From: Deltaproteobacteria bacterium
GTDB taxonomy: Bacteria; Desulfobacterota; DSM-4660; Desulfatiglandales; B25-G16
DNA length: 44,305 nucleotides
Assembly (NCBI GenBank): GCA_018400255.1
Contig: JAGYMO010000341.1
Location: 1 to 44,305 of the forward strand
Reading direction: 5' to 3'
Positions 1 to 9,246 of this stretch are shown piece after piece; position 1 is the stretch's first letter, and every line of letters begins with the position of its first letter. Made by a program: the position numbers and the translations under genes. The notes beneath the pieces were generated by a model. It saw only the letters and a program-made list of their open reading frames with translations. It did not search any database and was not told where the DNA came from.

Positions 1-68
1 AACATCGATCCCTAACTCATCACATAGTGCTTTCAGCTGAATGCTTCAGCCTTTAGCCTGAGACCTTC

Positions 69-839
69 TTAAACAGGATGGTTAAAAATAATACTGGAGC
101 AGGTAAGGCCAGCCTCTGCCTTTATAAGTTCTGATATGTCTATCGTTTTAACTGAAAAGCCGAGTTTTTGGAGTTTTTCTGCTGTTTTAGTGAACCCGGC
201 ATGAATATATACATTGTTGCCTATCCGTAGCGTATTTGCCGCCCATGGCTCGCCTTTATCAATGGTGACGATTTTAAAACCTTCGAATTCATTACGGTCA
301 ATCCATTCGGGATTTACAAGCAATGTCTGGTTATCTATTGCTGTGCAGGCAGACTTAAAATGGAGGCAGTCTTTTACAGTGACAAACCTGACAGTATAAC
401 CAAAAGGTTTTAACACGGAGGCGAGGGATTCTGCTCCACGATTATTTGTCCTCGGAGTAATTCCTGCATAGATATTGCTTCCAACCCTCAATACGTCTCC
501 GCCGTCAAGCGTTGAAGGATGTTTAATATGAAAAATATCCCTGTACTTCTTTAATTCTGATTCAACGCCGTTAACCTCCCCTCTTCGTGATTCTGCCCCC
601 ATGTTTGCCATTACTGCCAGTTCATCCACAACAACTGCTGTATCCTCTACAAAGGTTGAATCCGGGTATTCAAGGTTCATGGACATCTCGACTACCTTCA
701 GCCCTTCAGCTCTCATCATACCACAATATCTTTCATGCTGTTTAACGGCACGGTTAAAATCGATTGGTTTTCTGGTAATATAACTCAACTCACATCTGTT
801 TATTTCTGGAGATATTTCATGTGTCAGCGCAATAAGCAT
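69..839 (-). CDS. DDAH/amidinotransferase-superfamily enzyme (dimethylarginine dimethylaminohydrolase-like)
   Basis: 256 aa ORF. The C-terminal 'EAGLTCSSIIF' resembles the catalytic Cys motif (GG.TC.S) of the DDAH/arginine deiminase fold. Overall length fits. Confidence 0.7.
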   Translation of the reverse strand: MLIALTHEISPEINRCELSYITRKPIDFNRAVKQHERYCGMMRAEGLKVVEMSMNLEYPDSTFVEDTAVVVDELAVMANMGAESRRGEVNGVESELKKYRDIFHIKHPSTLDGGDVLRVGSNIYAGITPRTNNRGAESLASVLKPFGYTVRFVTVKDCLHFKSACTAIDNQTLLVNPEWIDRNEFEGFKIVTIDKGEPWAANTLRIGNNVYIHAGFTKTAEKLQKLGFSVKTIDISELIKAEAGLTCSSIIFNHPV

Positions 840-951
840 ATTTAAATCATCCTTACATTTGAGATGACGGAAAGCTAAAATCCTCAGCCCTGCCTGGCAT
901 GATGGTTACAAAAAAAGTTAATCAACTCATATCAACAGGGTTTTATAATTA

Positions 952-1686
952 TTACTGATGTCTAAGATATACAAAAAATTCTTTATTTCCCTTTGCCCCC
1001 TTTATAGGGGATTCCATTTTTCCTAAAACAATCAAACCTGTTTCATTAAAATATTTAATCAAATCATCAACAACCTGCGTTTGTATTCCCTCATCTCGAA
1101 TAACACCGCCCTTCCCTACCATACCCTTGCCTGCCTCAAACTGAGGTTTGATAAGCGCGAGGACGAAGCTGTCACTAGTAAGAAACCTTAATGTTGCTGG
1201 TACAACTATTCGCAGTGATATAAAAGAAACATCAATTACGGCACCATCAATTACCTCATTCACCGATTCTTTTGTCAGATATCTTATATTTGCCCTCTCT
1301 ATCAAAAGAACCCTTGGATCTTTTCTCAAAGACCAAGCTATCTGTCCATACCCTACATCAACGGCAATCACCTTTTTTGCGCCGTGTTCAAGAAGGCAAC
1401 TGGTAAATCCACCAGTAGATGCCCCCACATCTAACATGGTTAACCCATTAACGCTTATCCCAAAATCTCTTAATGCCGCATTTAACTTTATTCCTCCCCT
1501 GCTTGCATACGGATTATCGTTTCCTATTATATGTATTGACGCCAATGGGTTTACAAGCCTACCAGGCTTATCTACAGTTTCGCCATTAACCCTGACCAAG
1601 CCCGCCATAATAATTCCCTGGGCCTTTTGCCTGCTTCCACTTAGCCCCTTTTCAGTCAATAACAAATCAAGTCTTTTTTTATTCAT
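952..1686 (-). CDS. tlyA: TlyA-family rRNA (cytidine-2'-O)-methyltransferase
   Basis: N-terminal S4-like 'RLDLLLTEKGLSGSRQKAQGIIMAGLVRVNGE'. FtsJ-type SAM motif 'LDVGASTGGFT'. 244 aa. Confidence 0.88.
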   Translation of the reverse strand: MNKKRLDLLLTEKGLSGSRQKAQGIIMAGLVRVNGETVDKPGRLVNPLASIHIIGNDNPYASRGGIKLNAALRDFGISVNGLTMLDVGASTGGFTSCLLEHGAKKVIAVDVGYGQIAWSLRKDPRVLLIERANIRYLTKESVNEVIDGAVIDVSFISLRIVVPATLRFLTSDSFVLALIKPQFEAGKGMVGKGGVIRDEGIQTQVVDDLIKYFNETGLIVLGKMESPIKGAKGNKEFFVYLRHQ

Positions 1687-1735
1687 TAGGAGAGCGGCTG
1701 CAATTTAAAGTAAATAAAACGCAAAGGGTGGCATT

Positions 1736-4087
1736 TTACATACACACCTTCCTAACCTGTAGCATATCTGTTTCGCCCATAAATATTCTCCTTATGCCGT
1801 CTTGCATTAAGGTTGTCATACCATCATGTACGGCTTGCTTCTTAATATTTTCAACAGCAGCCCTTTTTTGAATCATCGACTTCATTTCGCTTCCGCCAAC
1901 CAGAAGTTCAAACAAGGCAGCCCTTCCTTTATATCCTGTATTATTACATTTTGGGCAACCCTTTGGTTTATAAAGGGTAATATCATCATTATAAGGTATA
2001 TTCAATGAATCAAAATCACCATTATATTCTCTAACCAACGAGTCATATTCACTCCTGGTTGGGTGATATGGCTCCTTGCAATCTGGACAAAGTGTTCTAA
2101 CCAATCTCTGTGCAAGGATACCCAAAAGGGCATCAGCAAAATTAAAGGGATCCATCCCCATATCTAATAATCGAACAATAGTTTCTGCCGCACTGTTTGT
2201 ATGCAACGTTGAAAATACCAAATGACCTGTCAGGGATGCTTCTATTCCTGTAGAAACTGTCTCCTTGTCCCTCATCTCACCAACCATAATAACGTCTGGG
2301 TCCGCCCTTAAAAATGATCTCATTGCCTCAGCAAAATTAAAACCTATTTTAGGCTTTACCTGAACCTGGCGAAGCCCTTCCTGCGTGATCTCGACTGGGT
2401 CCTCCGCAGTCCAGATCTTTATCTCCGTGTTGTTAATAAAATGTAAGGCTGAATGCAGCGTAGTGGTCTTTCCACTTCCAGTTGGCCCTACTACAAGAAT
2501 AATTCCATAAGGTTTTTTAACTAAGTTAACAAATGAATTATAATCCCTTTCACACATACCCATTTTATTGAGAGATATTGGCCCACCTGTTGCCAGCAAC
2601 CGAAGCACAACATCCTCATTCTGCCCTGAAGTTGGTATTGTGGCAACCCTTAGTTCCAAATCCAGGGGGGCATACCTACTAAATCGTATCTTGCCGTCCT
2701 GTGGAAGACGTCTTTCAGCTATATCAAGATCGCTCATAATCTTAACTCTTGAATTTATAGCATTCTTATATGTGTAAGGTATGGTTTGATAAATTTGGCA
2801 TAAACCGTCAATCCTAAATCTTATAACCTCATCTCCCTTTCCCGGCCTGGGCTCTATATGAATATCGGATGCCCCTCTATTGTATGCATCGATAATCATC
2901 TTATTAACCAATTGCACCACAGCCGAATCTTCCTCCGTGACTCTTTCAAGTTCAAGCTCGTCGTCGTCTTGTTCACCATAGTCTAATTGACCAAGAATAT
3001 CCTCTATACTTCCAGATTTATTCATAAGGCCAGATCTCTTCACATCAAAGAAAAGATCTATCATTTTAGAAATATCATCCCTTAAAGAAACACAGAACTC
3101 AAACTCTTCCCCGGCTATAAGCCGTTTTATTGTATCTTGATCAGGTAAATAATCTGGATTTTCCATTGCAATGACTATCTTATAGTCAGATTGATATACA
3201 GGGACAAAATGATTTCTTCTTAAATATGCCGGCCTAAGGCCTTTTAGCAATTGCCCGGGAATAGCCATCCCTTCATCATATGGAATAAAACGGGTATTAT
3301 AAAATATACTTAGCGACTTACCAATATCTTCCTTCGCTACATGATATTCATTCATAAGAACGTTTTCCACTGTACTTTTTTTCTTTCTCGCCAGGTTAAT
3401 AGCGCTTTCCAAGTCTTTAGATGTAATTACATTGCTAATTATAAGGTAATCAAATCTTGAACGTCTAGCACGTTGTTTCAGCCTATTGTGGTTATAAAAG
3501 GCAATCGCTAAAACCTCGGCTATCTCTATAAGTGATCTCTGATCTTCAGCCGTAAAAGCGTTTCCGTTCGTCTTATTAATAAGCTGGATTACGCCCAAAA
3601 GGTATTTCTTGAATTTTATAGGCGCGGCCAATATCTGTGTTGTTTTGTAGCCTGTTTTTTGATCCCAGCTCATATCAAACATCAATTGAGGGCTAATATT
3701 TTTTAATTCTTCACTATTATAAGCATTTTCGATGTTTGCAATTTTTCCTGTAGCAGCGCAATAGCCGGCAATACTTTTATCGTCAATCGGAACACGAATT
3801 TCGCTTATCTCCTTACCAGTTTTAAACCGTGAAACTATCTCACGATTGACCCTATCGACTACATAGATAGTTAATCGCTCTGAATCAAAAAGGCTTAGGA
3901 CACTTTGCCTTAAGTTAATTAATATGTCATCGATTCCATTAGAAGAGTTTATTTTGTTTGTAATATCATTTAAGCGCCTTGTGAATTGAAGCTCCCTCTT
4001 TAGGGCGTTAATATCAGAGGTTTTTTCTTTTGCACTTTCATCTATTATAAATTTTATTGCATTTGGTTTTTGAGTAAGCATAGGCAA
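1736..4087 (-). CDS. GspE/PilB-family secretion ATPase with N-terminal GAF-like sensory region
   Basis: Walker A 'GPTGSGKTT', Walker B-like 'VIMVGEMRD', 'FSTLHTN', tetracysteine 'CPDC...CPKC'. About 200 aa of GAF-like N-terminus ('SIAGYCAATGKIANIENAY') followed by a T2SSE_N-like segment. Confidence 0.85.
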   Translation of the reverse strand: MPMLTQKPNAIKFIIDESAKEKTSDINALKRELQFTRRLNDITNKINSSNGIDDILINLRQSVLSLFDSERLTIYVVDRVNREIVSRFKTGKEISEIRVPIDDKSIAGYCAATGKIANIENAYNSEELKNISPQLMFDMSWDQKTGYKTTQILAAPIKFKKYLLGVIQLINKTNGNAFTAEDQRSLIEIAEVLAIAFYNHNRLKQRARRSRFDYLIISNVITSKDLESAINLARKKKSTVENVLMNEYHVAKEDIGKSLSIFYNTRFIPYDEGMAIPGQLLKGLRPAYLRRNHFVPVYQSDYKIVIAMENPDYLPDQDTIKRLIAGEEFEFCVSLRDDISKMIDLFFDVKRSGLMNKSGSIEDILGQLDYGEQDDDELELERVTEEDSAVVQLVNKMIIDAYNRGASDIHIEPRPGKGDEVIRFRIDGLCQIYQTIPYTYKNAINSRVKIMSDLDIAERRLPQDGKIRFSRYAPLDLELRVATIPTSGQNEDVVLRLLATGGPISLNKMGMCERDYNSFVNLVKKPYGIILVVGPTGSGKTTTLHSALHFINNTEIKIWTAEDPVEITQEGLRQVQVKPKIGFNFAEAMRSFLRADPDVIMVGEMRDKETVSTGIEASLTGHLVFSTLHTNSAAETIVRLLDMGMDPFNFADALLGILAQRLVRTLCPDCKEPYHPTRSEYDSLVREYNGDFDSLNIPYNDDITLYKPKGCPKCNNTGYKGRAALFELLVGGSEMKSMIQKRAAVENIKKQAVHDGMTTLMQDGIRRIFMGETDMLQVRKVCM

Positions 4088-4529
4088 AGCACCATAATTG
4101 ACGTTAAGGGTGTTAAAATTATCTTTAGAGTAACGAAATAATCATTTTATCTCTTTATGCCTTTAAATAGAGGTCTGCAAAATATAAGCCATATTTGTCA
4201 ATTAGAAGTTTACAATTTATGGAATTTATTATAAATGTTTCCTTTAAATAGTAATTTTATCTGAAATAGTTCAATCTTGTCAAGAGGTACAATTAATCAT
4301 ATTTTAGCCAGGAACACTATTTATTTAATCTAAAAATAAAGATTTATGCACTTTAGTAGTTACCCTTTGTATCTATATATTATGTATCGTCCAGACTTTT
4401 TTATCAAAGCCAATTATGCGACAAACACACAAACGCTTGGCCCTTATAGTAAACCAATCTAATAAATCGGCTTAAAAAACATTAACCTTTAGCATTAAAC
4501 AATATAACCCTGTATTAATTTTTATTAGC

Positions 4530-5168
4530 ATGTTCAATGGAGTAAAAATAAACAAGCATAACCCTCTTTTATTGGCATCTTCCTCCCCAAGACGTAAATC
4601 AATACTCAGACAGATAGGTATTCCGTTTGTAGCAATGAAAAGTAGGTTCAAGGAGCCCATTTATGAAAATTTATCACCCGAGGAAGGAGCTTGTAAGGCG
4701 GCACTTAATAAGTCCAGGGCAGTGCATGAAATTAGAAAAAAGCAATGGGTACTTGGCGCAGACACCATAGTAGTGCTAAATAATGTAATATCCGGAAAGC
4801 CAAAAGATCCAGGGGACTGTCGTAATACACTTAACATGTTACAAGGAAAAGCCCACAATACAATAACTGGCTTTTGCATACTTGATTATAGGGGCGAGAT
4901 AGCACATTTAGAATCAGTTGTAACAAAAGTTAAAATCAAAAAATTAATGGGCGATGAAATAGAGAATTATATAAAAACAGGCGAACCGTTTGGCAAGGCT
5001 GGAAGCTATGCTATACAGGGCATTGGCTCCTTTATGATAGAATACATAAACGGTTCTTACACAAATGTTGTTGGCCTACCCGTCTTTGAAGTTATAAACG
5101 CCCTTGTTAAATGTAGGGCAATTGATGGCTTCCCCTTGATGGAAGATGAAATCAACTACTATCCCTAA
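4530..5168 (+). CDS. maf: Maf-family nucleoside triphosphate pyrophosphatase
   Basis: Contains 'LLLASSSPRRKSIL' and 'GKAGSYAIQG'. The last 5 codons plus stop lie inside repeat copy A. Confidence 0.88.
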   Translation: MFNGVKINKHNPLLLASSSPRRKSILRQIGIPFVAMKSRFKEPIYENLSPEEGACKAALNKSRAVHEIRKKQWVLGADTIVVLNNVISGKPKDPGDCRNTLNMLQGKAHNTITGFCILDYRGEIAHLESVVTKVKIKKLMGDEIENYIKTGEPFGKAGSYAIQGIGSFMIEYINGSYTNVVGLPVFEVINALVKCRAIDGFPLMEDEINYYP

Positions 5169-5385
5169 AAGGGGTAGCTTGAGGGTCAGAGGCACAAAGG
5201 CAGAAAGGCACAGACAGGCCTTTTCCGCTTTGCCCCTTTAGCTCTTAACCAGATAGAATTATTCAACTAAAGTCTTTGCATGTCGGAGCAAAGCGGAAAT
5301 CCCGATCACGGGGTCGAAGATTCCCGACGATACGTCGGGAGAAGGCGAGGGTTTCTCTCCCATTCCTCGAAGGAGACAATAAAAT
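5152..5385 (+). repeat. Dispersed GC-rich hairpin-rich repeat, family 1, copy A (~234 bp)
   Basis: Aligns by eye with 26735-27028. Shared blocks: 'tcaactactatccctaaaaggg', 'gtcagaggcaca', 'cagacaggcc', 'ttaaccagata.aattatt.aactaaa', 'gaaggcgagggg', 'caataa'. Contains several hairpins. Confidence 0.85.
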
Positions 5386-5445
5386 CCACGCTCATTGGCG
5401 CTTAATTATACCGCTTTAAATTTTAATTATAGTTGCAAATGCGAA

Positions 5446-6186
5446 TTATTTAGAATAGGACCTCTGCCTTACTATTTCAGAAAATATCACCCCTGAAGCT
5501 ACCGACACATTAAGTGAATCGATTTGCCCGAAGCCTGGTATGCTTACTATATGATCACATTTTTCTCTCACTATCCTGGCCAAGCCCTTTTCTTCATTTC
5601 CCATTACAAGAGCAACATCTCTTCTCCAGTCAAATTCATAAATACTTGTATTGCTCTCTCCTGAGGCCCCTATTATCCATACATTATTTTTTGCTAATTC
5701 ATCGATTGCCCTCGATAAATTTACTACCCTTGTTACCGGAAGGTGAGCTGAACCCCCAGCTGAAGTTTTATGAACAATATCATTAATACATGCGGACCTA
5801 TCTTTCGGTAATATAAGGCCTTGAACACCAAAAAATTCAGCCGTCCTAATCAGCGCCCCAAGATTACCCGTATCAGTAATATGATCAGCTACAAGAAGGA
5901 GGCCCTTCCCATCGCTTTCAATCGCAGTTGTAATCAATTCATCTAGATTAAAATATCTATAATTTTTTAACAAAGCCACTATGCCCTGATGAGATAAATT
6001 CGGCATTATGCTATCTATGTAAGCCTTATCCTTGAATTTAATGGGTACCCCTTTTTTCTCCGCCAAATCCAGTATCTCCTGAATACGGTGTATTTTCCTC
6101 TGTTCGGCGATCACAATCTCAATTATAGTATTGCCTTTTCTGAGGGTTTCTCTAACTGCATTTATACCTGATACAAAATAAGACAT
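5446..6186 (-). CDS. rlmB: TrmH/SpoU-family RNA 2'-O-methyltransferase (RlmB-like)
   Basis: 246 aa. SpoU motifs 'LVADHITDTGNLGALIRTAEFFG', 'LVMGNEEKGL', 'IPGFGQIDSLNVSVASGV'. Confidence 0.85.
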   Translation of the reverse strand: MSYFVSGINAVRETLRKGNTIIEIVIAEQRKIHRIQEILDLAEKKGVPIKFKDKAYIDSIMPNLSHQGIVALLKNYRYFNLDELITTAIESDGKGLLLVADHITDTGNLGALIRTAEFFGVQGLILPKDRSACINDIVHKTSAGGSAHLPVTRVVNLSRAIDELAKNNVWIIGASGESNTSIYEFDWRRDVALVMGNEEKGLARIVREKCDHIVSIPGFGQIDSLNVSVASGVIFSEIVRQRSYSK

Positions 6187-6342
6187 AATTTAATCAGAGC
6201 TTTGTACAACAGTGGAAATTGAAAAATGGGTATGAATTCTCTATATTTATTATATGCTCCACGTCTGCCAATCGTTTAACCTTATTGTATAAAATAAGTC
6301 CTGTAAAATAGTGGACCAAGCTCTATGTGCCTAATTTATAAG

Positions 6343-6942
6343 CTATAGATGGAATAGTTGTTTAACCAAAGACAGCCTTTTCGTTTTATAGGCCCTGCTA
6401 GAAACAATAACTGCCTTAACTTCTTCAACCGCTTTATCTAAATTATCATTAATGATAATATAGTCATAATCTACACATTGTTGAATTTCCTCCATGGCCT
6501 TGGTAATTCTTAATTCTATATTCTTTTCACCACCCTTTGTCCTCTTTTTTAATCTTTCCTCAAGGGCTTGTATTGATGGCGGTAAAATAAATATCAGCGA
6601 AGAATCAGGGTATCTTGTTTTAACCGCCCTGGCGCCTCGTATATCAAGGTCCATCAAGAGATCCTCCCCTGAAGATAATGCTTTTTCCATGCTTTCAAAA
6701 GAAGTCCCGTAATATTTGCCGTAGACAAAGGCCCATTCCAAAAATTCTCTATTTTCAATCATTTTTTGAAACCCATCCTCATCTATGAAATAATAATGAA
6801 TGCCATGGGCCTCCCCCTTCCTTGGCTTTCTAGTTGTATGCGAGATACAGTACCCTATTGTACTGATATCTTTTTTTACACTATGTATAATTGTGGTCTT
6901 TCCACTTCCGGAAGGTGCAGTTATAATAAAAATATTTCCCAT
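6343..6942 (-). CDS. gmk: Guanylate kinase
   Basis: P-loop 'APSGSGKTT' and 'TTRKPRKGE..G..YYF'. I chose the ATG at 6942 over the upstream TTG at 6951. Confidence 0.92.
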   Translation of the reverse strand: MGNIFIITAPSGSGKTTIIHSVKKDISTIGYCISHTTRKPRKGEAHGIHYYFIDEDGFQKMIENREFLEWAFVYGKYYGTSFESMEKALSSGEDLLMDLDIRGARAVKTRYPDSSLIFILPPSIQALEERLKKRTKGGEKNIELRITKAMEEIQQCVDYDYIIINDNLDKAVEEVKAVIVSSRAYKTKRLSLVKQLFHL

Positions 6943-7098
6943 ATCAACCAATACTCATGCAGAATAATTGAATAAACATAATTTTTTTAATCCATTTTAA
7001 AGAATCAAATAATTTCTCTCAATGTCCGCCAAAGCATTTTAAAGAACAAAAAAATGAAAGATTCTGTATGCAAGAACAAAGGTAAAAAGACAGAAAAG

Positions 7099-7368
7099 CT
7101 AAAACAAGTCTTCATCTCGCAATGAGCCATCAGGAGAAAATCTTTGTGCTATTGTTTCAGATTGAACAGCCGACATTATTACGTGATTGCTATCTGTTAT
7201 TATTACAGATCTAGTCTTTCTTCCTTGAGTCGCATCAATTAATCTTTTCTCATCTCTTGCCTCCTCACGAAGTCTTCGGATTGGCGCAGAAGATGGTGAG
7301 ATTATTGCTACAACCCTTCTCGACACAAGAAAATTGCCAAAACCAACACTGAGTAAATTTGAATCCAT
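7099..7368 (-). CDS. remA: RemA/DUF370-family regulatory protein
   Basis: Contains '[25 protein letters not shown]...[34 protein letters not shown]', closely RemA-like. Conserved yicC-remA-gmk order. Confidence 0.88.
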   Translation of the reverse strand: MDSNLLSVGFGNFLVSRRVVAIISPSSAPIRRLREEARDEKRLIDATQGRKTRSVIITDSNHVIMSAVQSETIAQRFSPDGSLRDEDLF

Positions 7369-7531
7369 GAATATTTTCTCCTGTTTTCAATTGAATTACG
7401 TTACAAGAAGAATCCCCTTTTCTGTGAATTACTATTCTTGCCAGAAACAGCCCAATAAATACGGTGTTGTTTTTTATAGTACCGTTAAACACGCTGTAAA
7501 TGCTCTCTGAGAATATGCCGGTATTGTATCT

Positions 7532-8413
7532 TTATTCGATATTCTGAATTTGTTCTCTTAATTTCTCCAGTTCCGCCTTCACCTCAACAACAAAGTGGGA
7601 AATGATCGAATCAGAGGCCTTGGAGCCAATTGTATTAACCTCCCTGTTTAGCTCCTGTAATAAAAAATCTAACTTACGCCCTACCGCGTTATCCTGGCTC
7701 ATAAAATATTTAAACTGTTCTAAATGGCTTTCCATTCTGACAAGCTCTTCGGTAATATCAGATTTTTCGGCCATAAATGCTACTTCTTGAGAAAGCCTTT
7801 CGTCATTTATTTCTAAATCTTCAATTAGCTTCTTAATAGATTGGGTTAACTTTTTTGTATATTCTTTAACCGTCTTATTAGATCTTTCCCTTATCCCATT
7901 GATATATCGTGCAATTATCTGCAACCTATTAAAAAAATCTTTTTCTATGGCACTACCTTCATTTTTTCTCATAGTATCAAACGATAGCATGGCCTTTTCT
8001 ATCAAAGCCTTCAAGTCTGGCCATAATTTCTCCATCTCAGGGGTTTCTTCGTTCACAATGATAATATCTTTCAATTGATAAAAATAGGCCAAATCAGGCG
8101 GCTTTTCAAACCCAAGCTCTCTGTTTAATTCACTGAAAATAGTAATATACGACTTTAATAATGGTCGATTTAACTTTAATTGAAAATCCTTTCCAGTGTC
8201 ATTCTTTCTCTGTACTGATACCTCAATTCTCCCCCGTTCAGCCGTTGAAGAAACCATTTCCCTAATTTTTCCCTCTAGCACCTTAAAACTATGAGAAAGG
8301 TGGACAATGATGTCTCTATAGCGATAGTTGACAGACCTTATTTCAACAATAAACCCTTCTTCATCACCTTCTAAAGACTCAGCCCTTCCATAAGCTGTCA
8401 TGCTTTTAAGCAT
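7532..8413 (-). CDS. yicC: YicC-family stress-induced protein
   Basis: Contains 'MLKSMTAYGRA...' and C-terminal 'RKLDFLLQELNREVNTIGSKA'. The ATG at 8413 has a purine-rich SD upstream; the ORF extends to 8440. Confidence 0.88.
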   Translation of the reverse strand: MLKSMTAYGRAESLEGDEEGFIVEIRSVNYRYRDIIVHLSHSFKVLEGKIREMVSSTAERGRIEVSVQRKNDTGKDFQLKLNRPLLKSYITIFSELNRELGFEKPPDLAYFYQLKDIIIVNEETPEMEKLWPDLKALIEKAMLSFDTMRKNEGSAIEKDFFNRLQIIARYINGIRERSNKTVKEYTKKLTQSIKKLIEDLEINDERLSQEVAFMAEKSDITEELVRMESHLEQFKYFMSQDNAVGRKLDFLLQELNREVNTIGSKASDSIISHFVVEVKAELEKLREQIQNIE

Positions 8414-8453
8414 ACTATTATCCCTCTTTTCTATGTTCACAAACTTATTCTAA

Positions 8454-8987
8454 TTAATTCTTTTCCCCTCTTAAGTACGATAAATAATCAGCTCGTAGCG
8501 TATTAAACCAGGCCAAGGCCTTTTCATCTTTATAGTCTGGATACGTCCACGGTAAAGGCTTGAATGATCCAGCATGAAAAACAAGGGTTAAATCCGCATA
8601 TATACCATTTCCCAAATAAATCCTGTGGGTATAATTCTTACCAGTGGCAAGCACTAATCGTTCCAGAGAAATATAACCAGGGTCAATATTTATTTTTCTT
8701 TGCTCGCCGGAAAGGTGCTCATTTTCAATTTTATTGGTTATTAACTTGGCTTCCACTAAAAATTCAGGGTGTTTAAGGTTTTCGAAAGATATGAAGCGCC
8801 TATATAAAGGCCATCCCATTTCCTTTGCATAATATGTAGTCCTGTCAAAGGTAATCTCCTCACTAACCCAGTCAACAATGCCAAAATAGTTTTCAACTTG
8901 TTTAGTTACCTTCGTTATCAGATCTACATCTGCGGAAAACAGGCTGCTTATCAATTTCACCTTCTGTGCGGGTATTGGCTTACTCAC
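8454..8987 (-). CDS. DUF4416-family protein
   Basis: 177 aa. Contains 'FDRTTYYAKEMG' and 'INIDPGYISLERLVLATGKNYTHRIYL', typical of DUF4416. Confidence 0.7.
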   Translation of the reverse strand: MSKPIPAQKVKLISSLFSADVDLITKVTKQVENYFGIVDWVSEEITFDRTTYYAKEMGWPLYRRFISFENLKHPEFLVEAKLITNKIENEHLSGEQRKINIDPGYISLERLVLATGKNYTHRIYLGNGIYADLTLVFHAGSFKPLPWTYPDYKDEKALAWFNTLRADYLSYLRGEKN

Positions 8988-9190
8988 TAACGTACCTTTA
9001 TAGAGTCTATAAGTTGAGCGGAATTATATTCGGCTTCTTTTATTACAATTTTTTCATTCTCTAGATAATTAATTATGTTTTTTTAACATGAAATTAGACA
9101 CAGAAAAAGAATATTTTTATACGTGAATCCAGCGTTGGAGTTCAGGCCGCAACTTTTTTTGCTATGATATCTCTGATAAAACTCCATTTA

Positions 9191-9246
9191 TCCCGACCGC
9201 AGAAAGCCACGGTTTTAACCGTGGATGAATGAGGCTGCGGTCGGGA
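9191..9246. repeat. Nested palindromic element, family 2, copy 1
   Basis: 12-bp outer stem tcccgaccgcag/ctgcggtcggga encloses a 7-bp inner hairpin ccacggt-ttta-accgtgg. The same sequence recurs at 44261-44305. Confidence 0.85.

Noticed and set aside
895-910. Sigma54-like TGGCAT-N5-TTACA.
   Set aside because: It lies on the plus strand with no plus-strand gene downstream, and the -12 element is imperfect (TTAC rather than TTGC).
1148-1708. 186-aa plus-strand ORF, and many similar 60-125-aa ORFs antisense to known genes (for example 10667-10990, 19439-19774, 20069-20446, 30665-31030, 32547-32906).
   Set aside because: Each lies entirely within, and antisense to, a strongly supported conserved gene. 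None has recognisable motifs.
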